Shown: one piece after another, positions 28,839 through 37,828 of the stretch
Layout of the letters: each line of letters starts with the position of its first letter
Numbering within the stretch: the stretch's first letter is position 1
Assembly: GCA_046052065.1 (NCBI GenBank)
Contig: JBJOND010000001.1
Span: 19,194-83,193 of the forward strand
Direction: 5' to 3'
Source: Bacteroidota bacterium
GTDB taxonomy: Bacteria > Bacteroidota > Bacteroidia > AKYH767-A > OLB10
DNA length: 64,000 bases
The notes under the pieces: generated by a model
Databases searched by the model: none
Seen by the model: only the letters and a program-made list of their open reading frames with translations
Told to the model about the DNA's origin: nothing
Program-made: the position numbers and the translations under genes

Positions 28839-29372
28839 ATGAAAAACATTTTATCTGCACTAGGACTCCTTTTATTTGTGATATACACCTCAAGTTGTAG
28901 TCATCAAATTAAATCGTATGAAATTAAAGATCAGTTATCCTTTGATTGCCCTGTTAAAATTGACACTGCACCAGAACTGTTTACTATTTTAAAATCAATT
29001 AATAAAAATATCGTTTATTTCGGTGTGATTAACAACAACGATAATCGCTATATGCTATCAGTAGCAAAGTATACAGCTGACGAACCTACAACCATCGATA
29101 CCGCTTTTTTTGATTTTACTGCGAATGAAGTCCCCGACAATAAAATGGGCGAATATCAGATTTTAGGTGCGGGAAAATACGTGAAAGATAACTACACTTA
29201 CTTCCGTAAAATAAGTTGCACCAACGGAACTATTTTAAATGTGATGTTTTATCTGATGAAAGAAAATAAGAGCAATTACTTATTTGAATTCAAAATGACC
29301 GGCTCCATCGATCAAAAAGATTTTATGGTTGATGTATTGGAAAAAACAGTAAGTAGTGTGGAGTGTGAGTGA
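28839..29372 (+). CDS. hypothetical lipoprotein
   Basis: 177 aa. Signal peptide plus Cys (YTSSCSHQ). Confidence 0.45.
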   Translation: MKNILSALGLLLFVIYTSSCSHQIKSYEIKDQLSFDCPVKIDTAPELFTILKSINKNIVYFGVINNNDNRYMLSVAKYTADEPTTIDTAFFDFTANEVPDNKMGEYQILGAGKYVKDNYTYFRKISCTNGTILNVMFYLMKENKSNYLFEFKMTGSIDQKDFMVDVLEKTVSSVECE

Positions 29373-29379
29373 CCCCTTC

Positions 29380-29961
29380 TTACTTCCCCTTCTCCTCCTT
29401 CCACATTTCAGCAGCGAGCGTTAGTTCATTGTACCATTCTTCTCCGTACTTGCGTGTCAGTGATTCTTTCAAAAATTGATAGACCGGAACTTTTAAACTC
29501 TTACCTAACTTACATGCTGGTGCACAAACATCCCAACGGTCGTAATTTAATGCATCGTAGTTTTTAAGTTTTTTAATACGCACAGGATACAAATGACAAG
29601 AGATAGGTTTCTTCCACGGAATTTGTCCATCATAATAGGCCTTCTCAAATGCACACTTCGCAATGCCATTTTCAAAAATAGTATAAACACATTCTTCGTT
29701 TTCATTAATCAAGGGAGTTACCCATTCGCCTTCATCATCTTTCACATATAAGCCTTGCTCTTCGATACTTTTTATTCCCTTCTTCTGTAATAAAGGCTTT
29801 ACAATAGGATAGTATTTATCGATTTCTTTTAACTCCGATTTATCGAGGGGAGCACCATAATCGCCTGCAATGCAGCACTCGCCTTTGCACTTATTTAAAT
29901 CACATACAAAATGTTCTTCCAGCAGCTCCGTAGAGATTAATGTCTTGCCAATTTCAATCAT
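29380..29961 (-). CDS. Cys-rich DUF3109-like protein
   Basis: 193 aa with CxxxC..CC and several more conserved Cys (CDLNKCKGECCIAGD ... CHLYP ... CAPAC). Confidence 0.5.
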   Translation of the reverse strand: MIEIGKTLISTELLEEHFVCDLNKCKGECCIAGDYGAPLDKSELKEIDKYYPIVKPLLQKKGIKSIEEQGLYVKDDEGEWVTPLINENEECVYTIFENGIAKCAFEKAYYDGQIPWKKPISCHLYPVRIKKLKNYDALNYDRWDVCAPACKLGKSLKVPVYQFLKESLTRKYGEEWYNELTLAAEMWKEEKGK

Positions 29962-30014
29962 AATTGTAAAATTAGATAATCCTACAGTATTTTCGTGTTA
30001 CGATCAATAAAATC

Positions 30015-30022
30015 TATCTTTG
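30015..30022 (+). promoter_or_regulatory. -7 box TATCTTTG
   Basis: TAnnTTTG match 16 nt upstream of the ATG at 30038. Confidence 0.4.
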
Positions 30023-30037
30023 CAAAAAATATTTTTT

Positions 30038-30550
30038 ATGTTGAAAGCTAAAACAGCCTCTGAAAGTCTTGCAATACACACCGAAATTGTATTGCCTAAC
30101 GACACCAACACTTTAGGAAATTTAATGGGAGGTCGTTTGTTGCATTGGCTCGATATCACTGCTGCTATTTCTGCTCATCGTCATTGCAACCGAGTAGTTG
30201 TTACAGCATCAGTAAACAATGTTTCTTTTAATCAGCCAATAAAACTAGGAGATATTGTTACACTACAAGCAAAGGTTTCCAGATCTTTTAATTCTTCGAT
30301 GGAAGTTTTTATTGATGTTTGGGTTGAAGACAATATGAATAGTAAGAAAGTAAAATGTAACGAAGCTATTTATACGTTTGTGGCAGTTGATCAGATTGGT
30401 CGACCGATACATGTGCCTGAGCTTTTGCCTGAAACAGACGAAGAGAAACAACGCTTTGCAGGTGCTTTACGCAGAAGACAATTATCGTTGATCTTGGCAG
30501 GAAAGTTAAAGCCAGAAGAGGCGAATGAGCTAAAAGCTTTATTTATTTAA
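30038..30550 (+). CDS. acyl-CoA thioesterase (hotdog fold, YciA-like)
   Basis: The track start at 30020 is a TTG. ATG at 30038 gives MLKAKTASE. The hotdog thioesterase signature is NTLGNLMGGRLLHWLD. Confidence 0.7.
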   Translation: MLKAKTASESLAIHTEIVLPNDTNTLGNLMGGRLLHWLDITAAISAHRHCNRVVVTASVNNVSFNQPIKLGDIVTLQAKVSRSFNSSMEVFIDVWVEDNMNSKKVKCNEAIYTFVAVDQIGRPIHVPELLPETDEEKQRFAGALRRRQLSLILAGKLKPEEANELKALFI

Positions 30551-31531
30551 AAAACGGATAGCCACTTCCGTTAGTTCAGGAACAGAAATTTTATTCATGC
30601 AATCAAAGTGTCCCTTTGGACATTTTGCAAATCCTATTTTTGAACAAGGACGACAGCCGACTTCTTTTGTTTCTGCAATAAAACTATTCGCATAATTAGA
30701 AGGCATATAAGGTGTCATTCCAAAAGCAGGAACCGTATTTCCCCAGATAGAAATAATATTGCGATTATACGCTGATGCAATATGCATCATACCTGTATCG
30801 TTGGTGATGACTAGTTTGGCTTGTGAAACAACTGCAGCCGATTGCAATAAGCTAAACAGACCACAGGCATTGAACACAGTAGCGCCACAAGCATCTGCTA
30901 TTTCTTGACCTGCAGCAAAATCATTTTTATCTCCTACAATTACCACCGGAGAATTAATAGCCTTAACCGCTTCAATCCATTTAGCTGCAGGAAATCTTTT
31001 TGTAGCGTGATTAGCGCCAATAACTGCTGTCCAATAGCCATTCGTAAATGATGCTGGCAAAATTTCCTGATTTGATTTTATAGTAGCATCTACATAGAAA
31101 TCTAATCCTTCGCCATCGTTGATAACTCCTAAATGTTCTACCGTTTTCAAATAACGATTCACAATATGAATAGCAGGCATGCGATTTATTTTCAAATTCA
31201 CGAGCAACCACTTTTCAAAATTCAATTTGTTAAATGAAGTAGATTTAACCTTTAACTTCGATTTGATTCTCCACGTGCGCAAATTAGTATGCAAGTCGAT
31301 GATCTCATCAAATTGTTCTTTCTTTAGAGCAGGAAGTACATCTTTTAGTGAGCCATCGGTTGTCCAAACTTTATCAATATTTGGATTATTTCTCACTACT
31401 GATTCAAAATTTTTCTTCGTCAGAAAATGAACCTCCGCATTAGGAACCTGCTTTTTTAGCATTCGAACAACGGGAGATGTCAAGACAATATCTCCAATAG
31501 AACTAAAACGAATGACTAAATATTTTGGCAA
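30539..31531 (-). CDS. glycosyltransferase family 9 (LPS heptosyltransferase-like)
   Basis: N-terminus LVIRFSSIGDIVLTSP and a C-terminal GT9 region GNDTGMMHIA. Apparent TTG start. Confidence 0.75.
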   Translation of the reverse strand: MPKYLVIRFSSIGDIVLTSPVVRMLKKQVPNAEVHFLTKKNFESVVRNNPNIDKVWTTDGSLKDVLPALKKEQFDEIIDLHTNLRTWRIKSKLKVKSTSFNKLNFEKWLLVNLKINRMPAIHIVNRYLKTVEHLGVINDGEGLDFYVDATIKSNQEILPASFTNGYWTAVIGANHATKRFPAAKWIEAVKAINSPVVIVGDKNDFAAGQEIADACGATVFNACGLFSLLQSAAVVSQAKLVITNDTGMMHIASAYNRNIISIWGNTVPAFGMTPYMPSNYANSFIAETKEVGCRPCSKIGFAKCPKGHFDCMNKISVPELTEVAIRFLNK

Positions 31532-31614
31532 GGCATTATTATTTTAAACAAAGATACTTTTTATCTCTTAAAATCGATTTTCGGGAGTAAAGGAAAATGC
31601 AGTAATTTTACAAC

Positions 31615-32382
31615 ATGCAATTAGTAGATACCCATTTACATTTATACGCTGAGGAGTTTCATGACGATAGAAAGCAGGTGATTGATGCAGCCATTCAAAA
31701 TGGTGTAACGAAAATGCTTTTGCCAAACATCGATAGCGGTACAGTATATTCGATGTTACAACTTTGCAATGATTACCCAGAGAATTGTTTCCCAATGATG
31801 GGATTACATCCTTGCTATGTAAATGATACGTTTGAGAAGGAATTAAAACAGGTAGAAATAGAGTTAAGATCAGGAAAGTATTACGGTGTTGGCGAAATTG
31901 GGATGGATAAACATTGGGACTTAACGCATATTGCTGAACAAACAAAAGCGCTTACAAATCAATTAATCTGGGCCTACGAAATGGAACTTCCTGTAGCCTT
32001 GCATACGCGCAATTGCACTGCTGATGTAATTGACATCATTCAGCAATTAAACATCAAAGGTTTGAAAGGCATCTTTCATTGCTTTGGCGGAACCTACGAT
32101 GAAGCGCAACAAATTATTGACATGGGCATGTACTTAGGAATTGGAGGTGTTGTGACCTTCAAAAACAGTGGGCTCGATGAAATAATTAAAAATGTAGATT
32201 TAAAAAATATTGTATTAGAAACGGACGGCCCCTATTTAGCGCCAGTACCGTTCAGAGGCAAAAGAAATCAGCCAGCATACATAACACATGTAGCAGAAAA
32301 AATTGCCGACTTAAAGCAATGTGGACTCGAAGAAGTAGCCACAACAACTACCGCTAATGCAGTAACCCTATTTGGACTATGA
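31615..32382 (+). CDS. TatD family hydrolase
   Basis: VDTHLHL plus the conserved His/Glu/Asp metal ligands of TatD DNases. Confidence 0.85.
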   Translation: MQLVDTHLHLYAEEFHDDRKQVIDAAIQNGVTKMLLPNIDSGTVYSMLQLCNDYPENCFPMMGLHPCYVNDTFEKELKQVEIELRSGKYYGVGEIGMDKHWDLTHIAEQTKALTNQLIWAYEMELPVALHTRNCTADVIDIIQQLNIKGLKGIFHCFGGTYDEAQQIIDMGMYLGIGGVVTFKNSGLDEIIKNVDLKNIVLETDGPYLAPVPFRGKRNQPAYITHVAEKIADLKQCGLEEVATTTTANAVTLFGL

Positions 32383-33389
32383 AAAAAATATTAGTGATTT
32401 ATACAGGTGGAACAATTGGAATGATAAAAGATAGTTCCAATTCACTTAAGCCTGTGAACTTTGGAAAAATTACTGAACGCGTTCCAGAATTAAAACAATT
32501 CAATTGTTCAATATCGCATTTTACTTTTAAAAAGTTGATTGATAGCAGCAATGTCACACCTGAATTTTATATAGCATTAGCAGAAACGATTGAAAAGAAT
32601 TATAAAGCGTTTGATGGTTTTATTATTTTACATGGAACCGATACGATGGCATACTCAGCATCGGCATTAAGTTTCATGCTTGAAAATTTAAACAAGCCTG
32701 TAATCTTTACTGGGTCCCAACTACCGCTGGGGGCTATCCGAACAGATGCAAAACATAATTTGATAACAGCAGTAGAAATTGCTGCTAGCGAAGTGATAAT
32801 TCCAGAAGTGTGTATTTATTTTAATGACCAACTTTTCAGAGGAAACAGAGCAGAAAAGTTTTCAAGCTCGCAATTTGATGCATTTCAATCGTTGAATTAT
32901 CCAACGCTTGTAGAGGCAGGAACCAGCTTGCAATACAATCATAAATTTATTAGTAAAAAATCAAGCAAGAAATTAATTGTACATAAAAAGCTAAATCCGA
33001 ATATTGGACTCGTAAGAATTTTTCCAGGCATAACAGGTAATTGGTTGGAGCATATTTTTAGTGTTGAAGGATTAAAAGCAGTGGTATTAGAAACCTATGG
33101 CAGTGGTAATGCTCCTACAGCTGAACCATTTTTAAAAACATTGAAATCGGCTATTAATAAAGGTATTATTATTTTAAACGCTTCTCAATGTGCAGGAGGG
33201 AAAGTAGAACAAGGCAAGTACGAAACAAGCAATAAGCTAAAAGAAATGGGTGTGATTAGCGGAAGTGATATCACTACGGAAGCTGCGCTAACGAAATTGA
33301 TGTATTTATTCGGAAGATATCCGAATCAAAAAAAGAAAATTGAAGCAGAACTTATTAAGGATTTAAGAGGAGAAATGAGCAAAAATTAA
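32379..33389 (+). CDS. ansA: L-asparaginase, type I
   Basis: The TGGTIGM threonine motif and HGTDTM. 336 aa, cytoplasmic. 4-nt overlap with tatD. Confidence 0.85.
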   Translation: MKKILVIYTGGTIGMIKDSSNSLKPVNFGKITERVPELKQFNCSISHFTFKKLIDSSNVTPEFYIALAETIEKNYKAFDGFIILHGTDTMAYSASALSFMLENLNKPVIFTGSQLPLGAIRTDAKHNLITAVEIAASEVIIPEVCIYFNDQLFRGNRAEKFSSSQFDAFQSLNYPTLVEAGTSLQYNHKFISKKSSKKLIVHKKLNPNIGLVRIFPGITGNWLEHIFSVEGLKAVVLETYGSGNAPTAEPFLKTLKSAINKGIIILNASQCAGGKVEQGKYETSNKLKEMGVISGSDITTEAALTKLMYLFGRYPNQKKKIEAELIKDLRGEMSKN

Positions 33390-33416
33390 ATTCAACACTT
33401 GCACATTTTTAACATC

Positions 33417-34871
33417 ATGAAAATTAGAATTAATCAGTTCGTTAGATTACTTTTATTAAGTACTCTTTTCATCAGTTCTTGCAAACTCCATAGCGAATTG
33501 CCAACTATAATTACTGAAGAGATTCCAGTTCCTGTATTAGAATCTTCGATTATACAAATTCCGGTTGAGGTAAATCTGCAGCCAATCATCAACTTTGCAA
33601 ATTCAAAAACTGACAAAGTAATTCGCAATCCTGAATATCCAAACTTTTCTACGTTTGAAGGCGTGGAAGGACCAAGAGCTAATTACGATGTTTTAATTGG
33701 AACCTTAACTGGCTCTATGCAAGGAAATAATTTCAACGTTGGAACAACGGCCGCATATGGCATAGCTGGCGACTACTGCTCAGAAATCGTTTGGGGCAAA
33801 TGCATACATCCGCGCATTCCATTTTCTTGCGGCACAAATGGAGAGGGAAAAAGAAAGGTAAAAATTGGATTTTCATCGAAGGTAGATATTACATCTTCTT
33901 ATGGATTAAAAACACAGACTGTTGTTTCGGAAGTAACACCGATTGATCCTTGCAAAATGACCTTCCTGAAAATTGACATGACGAATAAAATTATGGAAGC
34001 AATGCGTCCATCATTAAACGACTGTGCAAAGTTTATCGATGAACAAAGTAAAGCGACCAACTTTAAATCGCTTGCGCAAGAGGCATGGAAACAACTATGG
34101 ACACCGATAGATATTGATGGCTTTGGATTTTTATGTATCAGCCCAAATGAAATTAGTGTTAGTCAATTGAATGGTCAAGGGCAAAAATTAAAATTCAATA
34201 TTGGACTAAAAGCTAATCCGAAATTTACGCTTACAAAAGATTCGACATTAAAAACTCCCGCATTACCAGCATTAAAAACAAATGCTAAAAACAATTCAGA
34301 ATTTGTTTTTAATATGCCGATTATAAGCAGTTATACTGATTTAACAAATCACTTGAAAAAAAATTTCAATGAAAAAACGTTTAAGTCGGAAGACGGCAAA
34401 CAGACAATTTTAATTCACGACCTTTCGATTGTTGGGAAAGGGAACTCAACAATTGTTTTAGAAATGAACTGTGATTTAAAAATAGGCATCAAGAATTTTA
34501 ATGATGCGACTTTAATCTTTACCATAAAGCCTTTTTACGATAGCAAAAATCAAATGCTTGAACTCCGCGATGTACAATTGCAGTCTGATAAAAAGCATTT
34601 GTTATTACAAGCAGGCACAGAACTTTTTCAGAAAGTAATCGCGAAAAAAATTCAAGAATATGGCAAGACCGATTTTAAACCAATATTAGAATCAAATAAA
34701 AAATTGATTTCCGATCAATTACATAAACAGCTTGATAAAAACACTACGCTCAACGGGCAAGTGAACAACTTAAAAATTTTAGGTGTATATCCGTCAGAGA
34801 ATAATTTAATCATACACACACAAGCCATAGGCGTTTTGAATTTAAAAATGAGTGATTATAGTTTTGAGTAA
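33417..34871 (+). CDS. hypothetical lipoprotein
   Basis: The track start is a TTG. ATG gives MKIRINQFVRLLLLSTLFISSC, a lipoprotein signal. No catalytic motif. Confidence 0.45.
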   Translation: MKIRINQFVRLLLLSTLFISSCKLHSELPTIITEEIPVPVLESSIIQIPVEVNLQPIINFANSKTDKVIRNPEYPNFSTFEGVEGPRANYDVLIGTLTGSMQGNNFNVGTTAAYGIAGDYCSEIVWGKCIHPRIPFSCGTNGEGKRKVKIGFSSKVDITSSYGLKTQTVVSEVTPIDPCKMTFLKIDMTNKIMEAMRPSLNDCAKFIDEQSKATNFKSLAQEAWKQLWTPIDIDGFGFLCISPNEISVSQLNGQGQKLKFNIGLKANPKFTLTKDSTLKTPALPALKTNAKNNSEFVFNMPIISSYTDLTNHLKKNFNEKTFKSEDGKQTILIHDLSIVGKGNSTIVLEMNCDLKIGIKNFNDATLIFTIKPFYDSKNQMLELRDVQLQSDKKHLLLQAGTELFQKVIAKKIQEYGKTDFKPILESNKKLISDQLHKQLDKNTTLNGQVNNLKILGVYPSENNLIIHTQAIGVLNLKMSDYSFE

Positions 34872-34915
34872 TCAGGCTTTTTGGGGTGCTTGAGAAGAAT
34901 TGAAGGCAAGCAAAA

Positions 34916-35012
34916 ATAGAAGCTTAATTTACTTGCCTTGCTTCGTCCTATCATTTTCATTTACGTCGTAAACGATTTAACATATTAGAGATTCGCTGCG
35001 CGCTTCTCATGC
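34916..35012. repeat. copy A of a roughly 95-bp direct repeat near tRNA-Ser
   Basis: Roughly 85% identical to copy B. Shared core TTTTCATTTACGTCGTAAACGATTTAA(C/A)ATATTAGAGATT(C/T)GCTGCGC. Confidence 0.7.
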
Positions 35013-35045
35013 GAAAAAAAAATTTTCAAAAATGCAAGTGAATTA

Positions 35046-35064
35046 GCGGAGACGGCGAGATTTG
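35046..35064 (-). other. 17-18-nt copy of the tRNA-Ser 3' end (att-core-like fragment)
   Basis: GCGGAGACGGCGAGATT is identical to the 3' terminal acceptor/T-arm segment of the tRNA-Ser gene at 35306-35397. It lies about 240 bp downstream of the tRNA on the same strand. Confidence 0.6.
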
Positions 35065-35093
35065 CTTCACACATCTAGTTAGGAGGGATGCTT

Positions 35094-35190
35094 AATTCAC
35101 TTGCTTGTGCTTCGCACTAATTATTTTCATTTACGTCGTAAACGATTTAAAATATTAGAGATTTGCTGCGCACTTCTCGTAATGGGGGAA
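35094..35190. repeat. copy B of the roughly 95-bp direct repeat
   Basis: See copy A. The two copies are 178 bp apart. Confidence 0.7.
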
Positions 35191-35305
35191 GCTTCAAATA
35201 AGCATAACATGCGCTTTGCACATTTATTTTTTTAATCCATATAATCGCTCAAATAAATTTGGCGATATCTGTCATAAAAAAACAGAAAAACTGGCTTATG
35301 CTTAT

Positions 35306-35397
35306 TTGGCGGAGACGGCGAGATTCGAACTCGCGATACCCTTTTGGGGTATACACACTTTCCAGGCGTGCTCCTTCAACCACTCGGACACGTCTCC
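35306..35397 (-). tRNA. tRNA-Ser (anticodon GGA), CCA encoded
   Basis: Reverse complement reads GGAGACGTGTCCGAGTGGTTGAAGGAGCACGCCTGGAAAGTGTG...GCGAGTTCGAATCTCGCCGTCTCCGCCA. Anticodon loop CTGGAAA, long variable arm. Confidence 0.85.
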
Positions 35398-35543
35398 GTA
35401 AGGAGTCGCAAAAGTATGAATTATATTGCGATAAACTGTTCAAGAATTGATTTGACATTGATTGAGTGCTTTTTTATTTACATAAAATTAAAACCTTCTT
35501 TAATGGTATTTTATATTTTTGATTTTCTTAGTAATCCATCTGA

Positions 35544-36485
35544 ATGAAATCATTTTTACTTTCTCTTCTTATTTTATTTTCAACTATTATTTGCTTTGCT
35601 TCTGAACCTACAGATTCTGCAAAAAATCATATCCCTTACAAAGAATGGGAAACTGAGTTCAAGCTTAAGAATGGAATTACGCTGACCTATAATCGTCCTA
35701 AGCTTTTCGATTTCGCCACTAAAGTACCGAAAGATATGTGGGGCTTTTGCAAGTATTCTTTCAATAAAAAAAGTTTGCCAGGCTTGCTAACTATTGCTCT
35801 GACATCGGCAATTTTAATTAATAATGATCAAGCCATCATAGATGAAACACAACGATTCTGCGACCGAATTAATCTAGCAAGAAGCAGCTCATACAACAAT
35901 GTATTTGCTCCAAAGCTACAAGGACAAAGAGTGAATATTATTAGCATCCCTCAAAATTTAAACACCGTATTTTATACACTTGGACAAGGATATCCTGCAT
36001 TATTATTAGGAGGAGGAATTTTTTATTATGGTATTCGTCATCATGATATACGCGCGGTTAGCACAGCATCTCAACTAGCAGAATCTTTTATTGCTATGGG
36101 TGTTGCTACGCAAGTAGTGAAACGTATAACAGGTAGGCAAACACCTATACGCTCTACGCAACCTGGAGGCAAGTGGACTCCTTTTCCTCCGTTTATGGAT
36201 TATCAAAAGAATACTCCATCTTATGATGCATTTCCTTCTGGACATTTAGCAACTGTGATATGTGCTGTAACAGTTTTATCAGAAAATTATCCGGAGAAAA
36301 AATGGATTAAACCCGTAGGCTATGCGATTGGCGGATTAGTTGCTTTTTCAATGCTTAACAATGGCGTTCATTGGGCTGGTGATTATCCTTTAGCATTTGG
36401 AATAGGATATGGATTTGGGAAAGTAGTGGCTGCATCATCGAGAAAAATAGAAGGCAAGAAAACGAAAAAGTTATTTAACTTTTGA
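35544..36485 (+). CDS. PAP2 family phosphatase (secreted/membrane)
   Basis: Signal peptide. PAP2 motifs KRITGRQTP, PSGH and a downstream histidine. Confidence 0.7.
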   Translation: MKSFLLSLLILFSTIICFASEPTDSAKNHIPYKEWETEFKLKNGITLTYNRPKLFDFATKVPKDMWGFCKYSFNKKSLPGLLTIALTSAILINNDQAIIDETQRFCDRINLARSSSYNNVFAPKLQGQRVNIISIPQNLNTVFYTLGQGYPALLLGGGIFYYGIRHHDIRAVSTASQLAESFIAMGVATQVVKRITGRQTPIRSTQPGGKWTPFPPFMDYQKNTPSYDAFPSGHLATVICAVTVLSENYPEKKWIKPVGYAIGGLVAFSMLNNGVHWAGDYPLAFGIGYGFGKVVAASSRKIEGKKTKKLFNF

Positions 36486-36487
36486 GG

Positions 36488-37210
36488 CTAATTCGAATTC
36501 ACTTTATTCGATAAAATCTTGTCGAATCTGGTTAATAATTCAGGATCACTCTTCACCCCTTTTTCAATAGCCCATAACACTAACTCTAGTGAAGTCTGAC
36601 AACCTATAATACGATATATCTCTGAGCGATGAACACTGGTTGTACGATCTGACAAGTACAGAATTTCTGCAATGGTTTTATTTTTAAATCCGTGTGCCAT
36701 TAAAAAAACAATCTCAATGTAATTTTTATGATGAAGCAATTTTTGATAAACATCATCGCCTTTTAACGACTTAAACATTTTAATACGCGCGTGTACCAAC
36801 TCACTATTTTGTCGTGAATAATAACGTTCACCATTAAGTACTTTATTGATTGCGCGTGCCAGCTCCATTTGATTGACCGATTTGTCTAGATACCCTTCAA
36901 CACCCAAATTATGTACTTTCAAAATATGTTCTTCGTCTTTGCGATGCGTTAAGACAATTATTTTAACGTCTGGATAATGTTGTCTAACTCCTTTGATTAA
37001 CTCTATACCATTTTGTGGAGATAAATCTATCTCTGTAATGACAATATCAATATTAACTTTTGAAAGTTTATCGCAGGCATCTACAAAGTCAGATGAATAA
37101 TGTACAACTACACTTTCCCAGATATCCTTAATTGCGGATGCAACACCACGACGATAAAATGGATGATCATCGACTAGCAAAATTGAAAATGTAGAAATCT
37201 CAATAGGCAT
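36488..37210 (-). CDS. response regulator transcription factor, LuxR/NarL-type HTH (orphan)
   Basis: N-terminal receiver domain (LLVDDHP ... EIDLSPQNG ... KIIVLT) and a C-terminal LuxR HTH (IAEILYLSDRTTSVHRSEIYRIIG). No kinase gene adjacent. Confidence 0.8.
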   Translation of the reverse strand: MPIEISTFSILLVDDHPFYRRGVASAIKDIWESVVVHYSSDFVDACDKLSKVNIDIVITEIDLSPQNGIELIKGVRQHYPDVKIIVLTHRKDEEHILKVHNLGVEGYLDKSVNQMELARAINKVLNGERYYSRQNSELVHARIKMFKSLKGDDVYQKLLHHKNYIEIVFLMAHGFKNKTIAEILYLSDRTTSVHRSEIYRIIGCQTSLELVLWAIEKGVKSDPELLTRFDKILSNKVNSN

Positions 37211-37372
37211 TTAGGCAATTTACAATTTATTCTCTGAAAATAAATACATTTTATAAACTTTATTCGACCAAAATGAATAATTTTTAACAATGTCAGATAA
37301 CCATACTTAAGAGATAAAATAATTTAAAAAGGAATACTTGCATTGTTAATAAGCAGCATATTAATAAAAACA

Positions 37373-37400
37373 AAGAGGCCCGGAACACCGAGCCTCTTCA
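37373..37400 (-). terminator. rho-independent terminator after gcvH
   Basis: 9-bp stem GAGGCCCGG/CCGAGCCTC with one mismatch, followed on the minus strand by CTTTGTTTTTATT. Confidence 0.5.
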
Positions 37401-37418
37401 AAACAAATTAATTTTTTA

Positions 37419-37799
37419 TTAAGCGCCGATTAAAGCACCATATGCAGCTGCATCCAATAAATCACTCAATTGTGAAGCATCTGAAATTTTTATTTTTACC
37501 ATCCAGCCTTCGCCGTAAGGATCTGAATTGACTAACTCAGGATTGCCTTCTAATGCATCATTCAATTCTAATACTTCTCCTGTTAAAGGCATGAATAAAT
37601 CAGAAACTGTTTTAACTGCTTCTACTGTTCCGAACACAGCTTCTTTATCAACTGACTCACCAACTGTTTCAATTTCTACGTAAACGATATCACCCAATTC
37701 ACTTTGAGCAAAGTCAGTAATTCCGATAGTAGCAATGTCGCCATCTACGCGAACCCATTCATGGTCTTTTGTGTACTTTAATTCTGATGGAATATTCAT
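37419..37799 (-). CDS. gcvH: glycine cleavage system protein H
   Basis: 126 aa. The lipoyl-lysine motif context is [10 protein letters not shown]. Confidence 0.9.
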   Translation of the reverse strand: MNIPSELKYTKDHEWVRVDGDIATIGITDFAQSELGDIVYVEIETVGESVDKEAVFGTVEAVKTVSDLFMPLTGEVLELNDALEGNPELVNSDPYGEGWMVKIKISDASQLSDLLDAAAYGALIGA

Positions 37800-37828
37800 A
37801 ATGATTTAATTTTTTACAAATTTAATTT

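Noticed and set aside
35216-35547. Four overlapping 61-69-aa ORFs on both strands
   Set aside because: They lie on top of the tRNA-Ser gene and its flanks. Artefacts of the AT-rich intergenic region.
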